Origin: Candidatus Eiseniibacteriota bacterium
GTDB lineage: Bacteria; Eisenbacteria; RBG-16-71-46
DNA length: 64,000 nucleotides
Direction of reading: 5' to 3'
Assembly (NCBI GenBank): GCA_044223005.1
Contig: JBGAML010000014.1
Span: 59,854-123,853 of the forward strand
Of the stretch, positions 1 through 9,718 are shown piece by piece (position 1 is the first letter of the stretch; every line of letters begins with the position of its first letter). The position numbers and the translations under genes are program-made. The notes beneath the pieces were generated by a model that had not been told where the DNA came from, ran no database searches, and saw only the letters and a program-made list of their open reading frames with translations.

Positions 1-110
1 GTCACGACCCATGCCGAAACGGCACGCCCTCTGCTCTCACGCATTCGTGTGCATTCCGGCCCCGCTGCCCCCGTGGCAGGGCCCGCCGCGAACCGAGGGA
101 GTCCTCCGCC

Positions 111-1724
111 ATGCCGTCGCGAATCCTGTTGGGAGACGAGGCCGTCGCGCTCGGGGCGATCCATGCCGGGCTGACCGCCGCCTACGCCTACCCGGGCACG
201 CCGTCCACCGAGATCACCGAGTTCCTGCTCGACCACCAGGCCCGCCACGGCGGGCCGCATGCGGCTTGGTGCGCGAACGAGAAGACGGCCTACGAGGCCG
301 CGCTCGGCACCTGCTTCGCGGGCCGGCGCGCGCTCGTGTCGATGAAGCACGTCGGGCTCAACGTGGCCGCGGACCCGTTCATGAACTCGGCGCTGGTCTC
401 GACGCACGGCGGCCTGGTCGTGGCCGTGGCCGACGACCCGGGCATGCACAGCTCGCAGAACGAACAGGACACGCGCTGGTACGCCGACTTCGCGCGCGTG
501 CCGTGCCTCGAGCCGGCGACGCAGCAGGAGGCGTACGACATGACGCGCGAGGCGTTCGAGCTCTCGGAGCGCTTCGGCGTGCCGGTGGTCATGCGCCTCG
601 TCACGCGGCTCTCGCACAGCCGCACGATGGTCGAGACGCGGGACGCGCGCGAGCCCAACCCGATCCGCAAGGCGCCGCAGAAGAACACGTGGGTGCTGCT
701 GCCGGGCAACGCGCGCAAGCAGTGGGCGTCCCTGCTCGAGAAGCAGGCCGAGATCTCCGAGACCATGGCGAACTCGCCGTGGAACCCGCTCGTGCTGAAC
801 GCCGCCCGGCGCGACCTCGGCATCATCACCACCGGTATCGCGCGCAACTACCTGCGCGAGAACCTCGCCGACCTGGGCTGGGAACCGTCGCACCTGCACA
901 TCGGCGCGTACCCGATTCCCGCCGACAAGGTGCGCGCGCTGGCGGCACACTGCGAGCGGGTGCTGGTGCTCGAGGACGGCTATCCCTACGTCGAGCGGCT
1001 CATGCGCGGACTCCTGCCCACGAACACGCCGGTGCTCGGCCGCATGAGCGGCGACGTGCCGGCCGCGGGCGAGCTCTCGCCCGAGATCGTGCGCAAGTCG
1101 CTCGGCATCGCACCGCGGCCCGCGATGGGGCTCGAAGGCCTGGTGCTCCCCAACCGCCCACCGCAGCTCTGCCAGGGCTGCCCGCACGGCCACGCGTACA
1201 ACGCGCTCAAGGAAGCGCTCGCGGGCTATGGCGCCACGATGGTCACCGCGGACATCGGCTGCTACACGCTGGGCGCGCTGCCGCCGTGGTCGGCGATCGA
1301 GTCCTGCGTCTGCATGGGCGCCTCGATCGGCATGGCGCGCGGTGCGGCCGAAGCGGGCTTCTCACCCGTCGTGGCCGTGATCGGCGACGGCACGTTCATG
1401 CATTCGGGCGTGCCGGGCCTCGTGGACGCCGCAGCGGCGAACGCGAACATGACCCTGATCATCCTCGACAACCAGGCGACGGCGATGACGGGCGTGCAGG
1501 ATCCGCTCGTGCCCTCCTCCCGCCTGCGCGACCTCGTGCTGGGCGCGGGCGTCGACCCGGCGCACCTGCACGTGGTCGACGCGCACCCGCGCAAGGTGCA
1601 CGAGAACGCCGCGGTGCTGAAGGGCGAGATGGACCACGTGGGGCTCTCGGTGGTGATCGCGGTGCGCGAATGCAAGGTGGCCGCGAAGAAGCGCGCGCGG
1701 AACGCAGAGGTGGTGGCGTCATGA
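111..1724 (+). CDS. iorA: Indolepyruvate:ferredoxin oxidoreductase alpha subunit (short form, no C-terminal ferredoxin domain)
   Basis: YAYPGTPSTEI, NEKTAYEAA, MKHVGLNVAAD, DDPGMHSSQNEQD, CQGCPH, DIGCY and TPP motif GDGTFMHSG..LDN. Confidence 0.95.
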   Translation: MPSRILLGDEAVALGAIHAGLTAAYAYPGTPSTEITEFLLDHQARHGGPHAAWCANEKTAYEAALGTCFAGRRALVSMKHVGLNVAADPFMNSALVSTHGGLVVAVADDPGMHSSQNEQDTRWYADFARVPCLEPATQQEAYDMTREAFELSERFGVPVVMRLVTRLSHSRTMVETRDAREPNPIRKAPQKNTWVLLPGNARKQWASLLEKQAEISETMANSPWNPLVLNAARRDLGIITTGIARNYLRENLADLGWEPSHLHIGAYPIPADKVRALAAHCERVLVLEDGYPYVERLMRGLLPTNTPVLGRMSGDVPAAGELSPEIVRKSLGIAPRPAMGLEGLVLPNRPPQLCQGCPHGHAYNALKEALAGYGATMVTADIGCYTLGALPPWSAIESCVCMGASIGMARGAAEAGFSPVVAVIGDGTFMHSGVPGLVDAAAANANMTLIILDNQATAMTGVQDPLVPSSRLRDLVLGAGVDPAHLHVVDAHPRKVHENAAVLKGEMDHVGLSVVIAVRECKVAAKKRARNAEVVAS

Positions 1725-2293
1725 AGTACGACATCGTGCTGGCGGGCGTGGGCGGACAGGGCGTGCTGTCGATGGCGGCGCTGATCGGCCGCGCGGCGAT
1801 GACCGAGGGGTTGCACGCCAAGCAGTCCGAAGTGCACGGGATGGCGCAGCGCGGCGGTGCCGTGCAGGCGCACCTGCGGCTCTCGGACGGTCCGATCGAG
1901 AGTGACCTGATCCCGCAGGGCGCGGCCGACCTGATCCTCTCGCTCGAGCCGATCGAATCGTTGCGCTACGTCGCGTGGCTGTCGCCGCAGGGCACGCTCG
2001 TGACCTCGGCCAACGCCTTCGTGAACATTCCCGACTACCCGGACACGGAGACGATCCTGCAGCGCATCCGCGCCCTGCCACACGCGATCGTGGTCGAGGC
2101 CGAACGGCTCGCCGAGGAGTCGGGCGACGTGCTCGCGGTGAACACGGTGATGGTGGGTGCGGCGTCCCACCGGCTGCCGGTCCAGCCGGAGTCGCTGGTG
2201 CAGGCGGTCGAGGCGACGTTCGCGCGCAAGGGTGAAGCGACGCTGGCGGCCAACCGCGCGGCCTTCGCCGCGGGGAGGCGGGCCGCCCAGTGA
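1721..2293 (+). CDS. iorB: Indolepyruvate:ferredoxin oxidoreductase beta subunit
   Basis: ATG at 1721 overlaps iorA stop (ATGA); MKYDIVLAGVGGQG, SEVHGMAQRGGAV. Confidence 0.95.
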   Translation: MKYDIVLAGVGGQGVLSMAALIGRAAMTEGLHAKQSEVHGMAQRGGAVQAHLRLSDGPIESDLIPQGAADLILSLEPIESLRYVAWLSPQGTLVTSANAFVNIPDYPDTETILQRIRALPHAIVVEAERLAEESGDVLAVNTVMVGAASHRLPVQPESLVQAVEATFARKGEATLAANRAAFAAGRRAAQ

Positions 2294-4551
2294 ACGCACG
2301 TTCGGCATCGCCCGCCGCAGCTCCGACGCTCGGTTCGATCCTCGAACGCGCCAGCCGCCGCCCCGAAGGCGTGCTGCTGGAGCCCGAAGGCCTCGACATC
2401 CTCGGCCTGCTCGGCTTCGATCTCCCCCGCCGCGTGCTCGCACGCGACGCGGCGGAAATCGCGCGCATGCCGTGGCCATCGGTGCCGGGCGAGCGCGTGG
2501 TGCTCAAGGCGGTCTCGCCGCAGCTGCCGCACAAGACGGACGCGGGCGCGGTGGCCGTGCTGCCCAACCGCTCCACCACCGTCGCGGCGGCGGCGCGCGA
2601 GATGGAACTGCGGCTCGGCGACAAGGGCCTGCAGGGCTTCCTGCTCTGCGAGTTCGTGCCGCACGCGAGCGGCCCCGGCTCGGAGTTCCTGCTCGGCCTG
2701 CGCCACACGCGCGACTTCGGCCCGGTGGTGACGCTGGGCCCCGGCGGCGTGCACGCGGAGTTCCTGGCCCGCGCGCTGCGCGACGGCGAGTCGCTGGCGG
2801 TGTTCGCGCCCGAGCTGGCGCGCGAGCGCGTGCTCGAGGAGACGATCGCCCGCTTCGCCCCCGCCCGGCTCGCGACCGAGCCGCAGCGCGGCCAGAAGCC
2901 GCTGCTGCCGCGCGAGGCGCTGATCGATGCGGTGCGCCGCATGCTCAAGCTGGCGCGCGCACGCGAGGCGAGCGCGATCGCCGAGTTCGAGGTGAACCCG
3001 CTCGTCGTCTCCGACGGCCGCCTGGTGGCGCTGGACGCGCTGGGCTCGTTCGCGAGCGTGCGCGAGCTGCCGGCGCCGCCGCGCCCCGTGCACCGCGTGC
3101 GGGCGCTGCTCGAGCCGCGCTCGATCGCCGTGATGGGCGTTTCCGAGAAGAACCTGAACCCCGGACGCATCATCCTGCAGAACGTGCTGCGTGAGGGGTT
3201 CGACGCCGAGGCGATCACGGTCGTGAAACCCGACGCGGACCGCATCGACGGCTGCCGCTGCGTGGGTTCGCTCGCCGACCTGCCCGAGCCGGTCGACCTG
3301 CTGGTGCTGAGCGTCTCGGCCGCGCAGGCCGTGGAGGCGCTGATCGAGACCGCCGAGCAGCACCGCGCCGAGAGCGTGGTGCTGATCCCGGGCGGGCTCG
3401 ACGAGAACCCGGACGCGAAGCCGCTGGTGGCCGAGATGCGCGACGCGCTCGCGCGGGCGCGCGCGACCGCCTGGGGCGGCCCGGTGGTGAACGGCGGCAA
3501 CTGCCTCGGCGTGCGCTCGCGCCCGGGGCGCTTCGATACGCTGTTCATTCCCGAGAGCAAGCTGCCGCGCCCGCTGACGGAGCCGGACCCGCTCGCGATG
3601 GTGACGGGCAGCGGCGCGTTCGCGGTGAGCAAGACGAGCAAGCTGGCCGACGTCCAGCCGCTCTACACGATCACGATCGGCAACCAGATGGACCTGACGG
3701 TGGCCGACTACCTCGAGTACCTGATCGAGGACCGGCGCGTCGAGGCGGTGGCGATCTACCTCGAGGGCTTCCGGCCGCTGGACGGCGCCCGCTTCACGCG
3801 CATCGTGGAGTCGTTCGTGCGCGAGGGCCGTCCGGTCATCCTCTACCTCGCGGGCCGCACGTCCGCAGGTGCCGCGGCCGCCGCCAGCCACACGGCGGCG
3901 GTCGCCGGCGACTTCACCGTGGCGCGCGCGCTCGCGCGTGCGGCGGGCGCCGTGGTGGCCGAGACGCTGGACGACTTCGAGGACCTCGTCCGGCTCTTCA
4001 CGCGACTGCGCGGCCGCGCGCCGGAAGGCATGCGGCTCGGGGCGATGTCCAACGCCGGCTTCGAGGCGGTGGCGATCGCGGACCGCCTGGGCTCGTTCAC
4101 GCTCGCGCCCTTCGCCGACGCGACGCGCGCGAAGCTGGACGCGACGCTCGCGAAGGCGAGGCTCGCGGGCATCGTGGCGACGCGGAATCCGATGGACGTG
4201 ACGCCGCTGCTGGGCGACGAGGGCTACGAGACGATCGTGCGTGCGCTGCTCGACGATCCCGGCGTGGACGCTGCGGTGATCGGCTGCGTGCCGATGACGC
4301 AGGCCTTGAACACGCTCGCCGCAGGCCCCGGCCACGGCGACGACGTGACGCGCGCGGGCGGCATCGTGGACCGGTTCGCGAAGCTCTGGCGCGAGCACGT
4401 AAAGCCCTGGGTCGTGATCGTCGACGCGGGCCCGCTGTACGATCCGATGGCGCGCGCACTCGAAGCCGCCGGCATCCCGACGTTCCGCACCGCCGACCGC
4501 GCACTGCGGCTCTTCGGGACCTGGTGCGACGTGATGCGGCAGAAGCTCTAG
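2290..4551 (+). CDS. ADP-forming acyl-CoA synthetase (acetate-CoA ligase), single chain with ATP-grasp domain first
   Basis: N-terminal ATP-grasp (VLKAVS..HKTDAGAV, FGPVV, EFEVNPL), then CoA-binding domain (PRSIAVMGVS), GGNCLG and phospho-His motif SHTAAVAG; GTGA overlap with iorB. Confidence 0.9.
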   Translation: MNARSASPAAAPTLGSILERASRRPEGVLLEPEGLDILGLLGFDLPRRVLARDAAEIARMPWPSVPGERVVLKAVSPQLPHKTDAGAVAVLPNRSTTVAAAAREMELRLGDKGLQGFLLCEFVPHASGPGSEFLLGLRHTRDFGPVVTLGPGGVHAEFLARALRDGESLAVFAPELARERVLEETIARFAPARLATEPQRGQKPLLPREALIDAVRRMLKLARAREASAIAEFEVNPLVVSDGRLVALDALGSFASVRELPAPPRPVHRVRALLEPRSIAVMGVSEKNLNPGRIILQNVLREGFDAEAITVVKPDADRIDGCRCVGSLADLPEPVDLLVLSVSAAQAVEALIETAEQHRAESVVLIPGGLDENPDAKPLVAEMRDALARARATAWGGPVVNGGNCLGVRSRPGRFDTLFIPESKLPRPLTEPDPLAMVTGSGAFAVSKTSKLADVQPLYTITIGNQMDLTVADYLEYLIEDRRVEAVAIYLEGFRPLDGARFTRIVESFVREGRPVILYLAGRTSAGAAAAASHTAAVAGDFTVARALARAAGAVVAETLDDFEDLVRLFTRLRGRAPEGMRLGAMSNAGFEAVAIADRLGSFTLAPFADATRAKLDATLAKARLAGIVATRNPMDVTPLLGDEGYETIVRALLDDPGVDAAVIGCVPMTQALNTLAAGPGHGDDVTRAGGIVDRFAKLWREHVKPWVVIVDAGPLYDPMARALEAAGIPTFRTADRALRLFGTWCDVMRQKL

Positions 4552-4640
4552 AATCACGGCTCGCATACGACTCTTCCCGCGCCCGCGCGGCTCACACCGC
4601 CGCGGGCGCGTTTCGCACGCTGGAATCCCGAGGTTCTCGC

Positions 4641-5708
4641 ATGAGCACGGCCACACTCTTCTCGCCACTTCGCCAACGCACGCTGGCGCTGCGCAATCGC
4701 ATCATCGTCTCCCCCATGTGCCAGTACTCGGGCCGCGATGGGCTCGCGCAGGACTGGCACCTGGTGCACTACGGCGCGTTCGCCGCGGGTGGCGCAGGCG
4801 TGGTCATGCAGGAAGCGACGTCGGTGCTGCCCGAAGGCCGCATCTCCCCCGGCGATCTCGGGATCTGGACCGACGAGCAGGCGCGCTCGTTCGCGCCGAT
4901 CACGCGCTTCGTCGACTCGCAGGGCGCGATCCCCGCGATCCAGCTCGCGCACGCGGGCCGCAAGGCGTGCACTGGGGCGCCCTGGGAAGGCGGCGGCCCC
5001 GTGAGCCGCGAGGCCGGTGGCTGGGACGTGGTGGGGCCGTCGGCGACGCCGTGGAACGAGGGCTACCCCGTGCCTGCGGCGTTGGATGAAAGCGCCATCG
5101 AGCGCGTGATCGAAGCGTTCCGAGTCGGCGCACGGCGCGCCCTGGCCGCGGGCTTCAAGGTCGCCGAGATTCATGGCGCGCACGGCTACCTGGCGCACCA
5201 GTTCCTGTCCCCGCTCGTGAATACTCGTACCGATCGCTGGGGAGGCTCATTCGAGAATCGCACGCGCTTCGTGCTCGAAGTGACGCGCGCCGTGCGCGGC
5301 GAGTGGCCCGAGGAGCTGCCCGTGTGGGTGCGGCTCTCGGCCACCGACTGGGCCGACGGCGGCTGGGACGTGGAGCAGACCGTGCGGCTCTCGGCGCAGC
5401 TGCGCGAGCTCGGCGTGGACCTGATCGACGTCTCGAGCGGCGGCGTGGTGCCGTGGCAGAAGATCGCGCTCGGTCCCGGCTACCAGGTGCCGTTCGCCGA
5501 ACGCGTGAAGCGCGAAGCCGGCATCGCCACGGGCGCCGTCGGCCTGATCACGCAGCCGGAGCAGGCCGAAGCGATCGTGCGCGACGGTCAGGCCGACGTC
5601 GTCCTGCTCGCCCGCGAACTCTTGCGCGACCCACACTGGCCGCTGCGCGCCGCGAAGGCGCTCGGCGCGGACGTCGCGTGGCCGAAGCAGTACGCGCGGG
5701 CGAAGTAG
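4641..5708 (+). CDS. namA: NADH:flavin oxidoreductase, Old Yellow Enzyme (YqjM/NamA-like)
   Basis: NRIIVSPMCQYS, IQLAHAGRKA, EIHGAHGYL..QFLSP, ARELLRDPHWP. Confidence 0.9.
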   Translation: MSTATLFSPLRQRTLALRNRIIVSPMCQYSGRDGLAQDWHLVHYGAFAAGGAGVVMQEATSVLPEGRISPGDLGIWTDEQARSFAPITRFVDSQGAIPAIQLAHAGRKACTGAPWEGGGPVSREAGGWDVVGPSATPWNEGYPVPAALDESAIERVIEAFRVGARRALAAGFKVAEIHGAHGYLAHQFLSPLVNTRTDRWGGSFENRTRFVLEVTRAVRGEWPEELPVWVRLSATDWADGGWDVEQTVRLSAQLRELGVDLIDVSSGGVVPWQKIALGPGYQVPFAERVKREAGIATGAVGLITQPEQAEAIVRDGQADVVLLARELLRDPHWPLRAAKALGADVAWPKQYARAK

Positions 5709-5775
5709 GCGCGAGACACCGGCATGAGCACGCGCGTCGGCCCAACGCCCCACGAATAGGCCGCATGACACTCCC

Positions 5776-5811
5776 CGGACCTGTACCCGCCCCGGGGCGG
5801 GTACAGGTCCG
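5776..5811. repeat. Perfect 36-bp palindrome with no loop, REP-like
   Basis: cggacctgtacccgcccc|ggggcgggtacaggtccg, intergenic between convergent genes. Confidence 0.85.
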
Positions 5812-5931
5812 AGTGTTGTCACGCGAGTGCGCGCTTGTTCGACGCCAGCGAACGAAACATGCCTTGAGGCATGTTGGACACGCTCGCGCGAGGCCGTGCG
5901 CACACGAGCGCCTGAGCACCAAGCAATCGCC

Positions 5932-5969
5932 ATAAACAAATCGCCGGACGGGATCGCTCCCGTCCGGCG
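5932..5969 (-). terminator. Rho-independent terminator of the minus-strand oxidoreductase operon
   Basis: Stem cgccggacggga-tcgc-tcccgtccggcg preceded on + by ataaacaaat, which is U-rich on the minus strand. Confidence 0.7.
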
Positions 5970-6027
5970 TTCGCGCGTGCGGCAGAAACTGCCGTGGACC
6001 GCAGGAATACTCTTGCAGCAAGAACGG

Positions 6028-7038
6028 CTACTTCAGCGCTGCCAGCGAGTACATCCGCTCCACGTTGGACTGCACCCAGCCGCGGAGGCGTTCGATGTTC
6101 TCTTCCTGGCCGGGCTTGACCTTGATCTCGCCCGTCGACTTGTCCTTGCCGACCAGGTGGGCGAAGCGGCGCTGCTCGCCGAGGAACTGTTCGATGCTGG
6201 GTCGCTCGGAAGCGTCCAGCGAACAATCCTTCACAGAGCCGCCCTTGCCCTTCTCCCAGACGAACGCCGGGAACACGCCCGAGCGCGCGCCGAGGAGCGC
6301 CAGTTCGACCGTCTGCCCGTCCTCGAACTTCCACCCGGAGATGCAGGGCGCCGGGATGAAGATCACCGCCGTGCCCTCGACTTCGAGCGAGCGCTCGATG
6401 GTCTTCACGAACATCTTGCCGTGCGCGGGCGAGAGCTGGGCGACCATGCCCGCCCCTGCCGCGATGGCGAGGTGGATGTAATCGAGCGGCGGGTTCAGGT
6501 TGCCGGGCGCGCCGTCCGCGGGCGTGGTGCTGGTGTCCGCGTAGGGCATCGTGGCCGGGCTGTACTGGAACCCCGTGTTGGCGAAGATCTCGTTCACGAG
6601 CACGACGATCGTGATCCGCGCGCGGCGGTGGATCGTGTGCAGCAGGCTGCGCAGGCCGATGGCCAGCGAGCCGCCGTCACCGGCCGCGGAGATGATCTGC
6701 ACCGGACGCTCGAGAGCGCCGATGGTCGTCAGCTGGTCCGCCACGTCGCGCGTCGCTTCGGCCAGCGTCGGCGCCGATTCGAACACGTTGTGGAGGATCG
6801 CGAACGACTTGGACCAGTCGTCCGATGGCTCGTCGCCACGGCCCCACGCCACGACGTTCGGGAACGCCAGCGTGGAGACCTCGGCGCACGAGGTGCCGAT
6901 CGAGAAGATCGTCTTGATGCCGTTGTCCGTCACGCGGCCGATGTTCTGGAACGCGACCGACTCCATGCAGCCGGGACAGAGCGTCGAGCCGGGCCGGAAG
7001 CAGCTCTCCTTCAGCGCGGTTTCCTTGTAGCCGCTCAT
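6028..7038 (-). CDS. 2-oxoacid:ferredoxin oxidoreductase beta (TPP-binding) subunit, PorB-like
   Basis: LCPGC, GTSCAEV, GDGGSLAIG..NEIFANTGFQYS, PCISGW; ATG at 7038 with AGGAG RBS. Confidence 0.88.
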   Translation of the reverse strand: MSGYKETALKESCFRPGSTLCPGCMESVAFQNIGRVTDNGIKTIFSIGTSCAEVSTLAFPNVVAWGRGDEPSDDWSKSFAILHNVFESAPTLAEATRDVADQLTTIGALERPVQIISAAGDGGSLAIGLRSLLHTIHRRARITIVVLVNEIFANTGFQYSPATMPYADTSTTPADGAPGNLNPPLDYIHLAIAAGAGMVAQLSPAHGKMFVKTIERSLEVEGTAVIFIPAPCISGWKFEDGQTVELALLGARSGVFPAFVWEKGKGGSVKDCSLDASERPSIEQFLGEQRRFAHLVGKDKSTGEIKVKPGQEENIERLRGWVQSNVERMYSLAALK

Positions 7039-8363
7039 AGCCTCGCTCCTTCGTGGAAGACCATGTAGGGCTGCTTCGGAGCCGCGGTGAGCGCGTCGCG
7101 CCCTTCGTCGAGCATCGCTTCCCAGGTCGCCTCGGACACGTCCGCGCCGCCCATGCCGGCGAAGGCGCTGACGATGCGCGGCGGGTTGTCCACACCGGAC
7201 AGCGCGTCGGCGATGTCCAGCGTGAGGTGGCCGCGGCCCGAGTGGTGCGCCTGGTTCACGACCAGCACGACCTTGGCCTTCGCGAGCCGCTTGCGGACGG
7301 CTTCGCGCGGGAACGGATTCAGCAGGCGGATGGCGATGCCGGCGACACTCTTGCCATTCTTCGCCGCCCACGCCTCGCGCACCGACTCGAACGTGCCGAA
7401 GTCGGGGCCCATGCTGACGACGGCCACGTCGACCGATTCGTCACCGCGGAAACCCACTTCGTCGAAGAACGCGAGGCCGGGCCGCCCGAACGTGCGCTCG
7501 AAATCGGCGCCGATCTGGGGCAGCAGCTCGAGCACGTTCTCGATGCGCCGCTTCTGCGCGATCTTGAAGCCCTGGAACCACCGGCTCGTCACGCAGTTGC
7601 CCATGGCCGTGTCGCCGTTGATGGTGCCGGGCAGCACGCAGGGCTTGATCCAGCGGTCCTGGAACGCGTTCACGTCGGCGTCCGACTCGATCCACAGCTT
7701 GGCGTTCCGGTGGCTGTCCTTGATGCCGTAGTAGCCGGGCATCGTCGGGGTCATCACGTCCGGATGCATGCCGAGGCAGGGCGCCTGGATCACGGTGTCG
7801 TAGATCTGCTGCTTGCCGCGCGCGCAGATCTGGATGAAGCCGTCGTCCCGGTGCGCGAGTGCGTCCGACGGATCGCCCTCGATGCACAGCGGGAAGTTGG
7901 CCGTCGCGCGATAGACGTTCACGATCATGACGTTGCCGAACCCCGACGCGCCCAGCGAGCGCGTGGTCTCGGTCATGTGATCGAGGCCCACCGAGCTGGT
8001 CGCCGTGGAGACGATCAGGTCGCGGCAGGCGCCGGCCGAGCCGACCATGTAGTCGGCGACGGCGTGCTCGGCCTCGAGCAGCTTGACGCGCTTGGCCGTG
8101 CCCTTCTGGGCGCCCACCTTCGCCGCCACGGTCTCGATCCACTTGGTCGAGGGCGTGATCGGGAAGCCGGGATAGATGATCGCGCGCCACATCTGCAGCG
8201 TCGCGATCGCGGCGGCCGTGTTGCCGTCGGCCGTCAGCGCTTCGCGCGTCGTGTAGAAGGGCACGTGCGCCGCCCGCACCTTCGCGAGGTCGATGATGCC
8301 GTCGTACCGCTCACCCGACGGCGTCGCGACCCGCGAGACGGGCCCCAACGTGGACGTGCTCAT
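7035..8363 (-). CDS. 2-oxoacid:ferredoxin oxidoreductase alpha subunit, PorA-like
   Basis: GNTAAA, PGFPITPST, EAEHA (conserved Glu), TATSSVGL, RLLNPFP, GMGGAD. Confidence 0.85.
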   Translation of the reverse strand: MSTSTLGPVSRVATPSGERYDGIIDLAKVRAAHVPFYTTREALTADGNTAAAIATLQMWRAIIYPGFPITPSTKWIETVAAKVGAQKGTAKRVKLLEAEHAVADYMVGSAGACRDLIVSTATSSVGLDHMTETTRSLGASGFGNVMIVNVYRATANFPLCIEGDPSDALAHRDDGFIQICARGKQQIYDTVIQAPCLGMHPDVMTPTMPGYYGIKDSHRNAKLWIESDADVNAFQDRWIKPCVLPGTINGDTAMGNCVTSRWFQGFKIAQKRRIENVLELLPQIGADFERTFGRPGLAFFDEVGFRGDESVDVAVVSMGPDFGTFESVREAWAAKNGKSVAGIAIRLLNPFPREAVRKRLAKAKVVLVVNQAHHSGRGHLTLDIADALSGVDNPPRIVSAFAGMGGADVSEATWEAMLDEGRDALTAAPKQPYMVFHEGARL

Positions 8364-9343
8364 TTGGTGACCTCCTCGGCCGGAGCGTCGTCCCAGGACT
8401 CTTCGTACTTGCCTTCCTTGAAGAGCTTCTCCGGGCAGATCTCGATGCATTCGCCGCAGAGCTTGCAGAACTGGCTCACGTCCGCACCCGTGACGAGCAC
8501 GCCGCGCGCCTCGTCCGGCTGCCAGCGAATGATGCCTTCGGGGCAGTTCGTGATGCAGTGCGAGCAGCCCGTGCAGGCGAGGTTCGGGTCCTCGAACACC
8601 AGCCGGAAGCCGCTCCGCGCGTAGGTCGAGGTCTTGTTGGTCTGGGCGAGGCGCAGGCGCGTCTGGGCGCCGAGCGGCAGCTCGCCGTAGCCCGCGAACG
8701 CGGTGCTCTGGTGATCGCCGGGGCGGGCCTCGTCGAAGATGCCGGAACGGATCGCGTCCTTGGTGGCCAGCAGCGCTTCCCGGTTGCGCTCGATGAGCAC
8801 GTCCGGGATGCGGCGCTTCTTGAGCTGGCCGAGGAACACGTCGACGACCGTCTGCACGGGCAGGCCACCGATGGCCTCGACCATGGCGACGTACGCGGAG
8901 ACGTTGCCGATCGCGTGCTTGAGGTGCTTGGTGCCGATGTCGTCACCGGGCACCGTCATGACGCGGCCGGAGAGGTGGAAGTGCTTCGCGCACTCCTCGG
9001 GCGTGCGGCGCGTGTTGATCACGAAGGTGCCGCCGTGCGGCACGCCGTCGGCGAAGTCGGTGGCCTGGGCAGCCGCCTCGTCCATGAGCAGCGTCACGAC
9101 GGGCCGCGTCACTTCGCAGCCGACGTCGATCGGCTTCGCGCTCACGCGCAGGAACGAACGGATGTTCGCACCTCGGCGCGCGGAGCTGAAAAAGGGCCAT
9201 TCCTGGACGTGGCTGTCGGGAAGGCTCGAGAAGAGGGCCGCCAGGCTCTGGAACGCCAGGACCAGCCCTCCACCCGCCTTGCCGTCGCCACGGACCTCGA
9301 GAACGCCCTCCTCGAGGATCTTCCGGGGCTCGAGCACTCGCAT
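8360..9343 (-). CDS. 2-oxoacid:ferredoxin oxidoreductase fused gamma-delta subunit with two [4Fe-4S] clusters
   Basis: EVRGDGKAGGG, PFFSSARRGA..SFLRVS (gamma-like) plus CTGCSHCITNCP and CKLCGECIEICP. Confidence 0.85.
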   Translation of the reverse strand: MRVLEPRKILEEGVLEVRGDGKAGGGLVLAFQSLAALFSSLPDSHVQEWPFFSSARRGANIRSFLRVSAKPIDVGCEVTRPVVTLLMDEAAAQATDFADGVPHGGTFVINTRRTPEECAKHFHLSGRVMTVPGDDIGTKHLKHAIGNVSAYVAMVEAIGGLPVQTVVDVFLGQLKKRRIPDVLIERNREALLATKDAIRSGIFDEARPGDHQSTAFAGYGELPLGAQTRLRLAQTNKTSTYARSGFRLVFEDPNLACTGCSHCITNCPEGIIRWQPDEARGVLVTGADVSQFCKLCGECIEICPEKLFKEGKYEESWDDAPAEEVTK

Positions 9344-9350
9344 GATCGGC

Positions 9351-9560
9351 CTACTTCTTCTTCCAGAGGATCGCCTTGCCAGGACAATCCGTCATGATTT
9401 GCTGAACCTTTGGCATGAGGGCCTCGTCGAGCGCCCACTGGTAAACCTCGGCGACTTCTTCACCTTCGACCTTGCGGAACGCCTGCGGCACGGCCTTGAT
9501 GCAGTCGCCGCATTCGGTGCAAAGGTCTTGATCGACAAAGAATTCGGGCAGCTGGCCCAT
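9351..9560 (-). CDS. Monocluster ferredoxin
   Basis: 69 aa; VDQDLCTECGDC...CPGKAI; GAGGAG RBS. Confidence 0.9.
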   Translation of the reverse strand: MGQLPEFFVDQDLCTECGDCIKAVPQAFRKVEGEEVAEVYQWALDEALMPKVQQIMTDCPGKAILWKKK

Positions 9561-9718
9561 GGAACTATCTCCTCTCGTTTTTCGGCTGGTTCCACTCCCA
9601 ACCGGCGGAATCGCCGGACGCAGGAGGATCCCTCGCATAACCTATGCTAGATCGGGTGGTGAAACGCTCAATTCACGCTGGCGAGCCGTATTCGATCCAT
9701 CCGGAGGACAGCCGCCCG

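Noticed and set aside
111..1724. iorA as a truncated pseudogene
   Set aside because: The ORF is intact and coupled to iorB, and short IorA forms without the ferredoxin domain are known.
6028..9343. Oxalate oxidoreductase
   Set aside because: The subunit layout is similar, but alpha has FPITP rather than the Arg-containing motif of OOR.
9659..9676. Rex operator (gtgaa-N8-ttcac) in the divergent fdx/apbE promoter
   Set aside because: Spacing and flanks do not fit TTGTGAA-N4-TTCACAA. It may still be another regulator's site.
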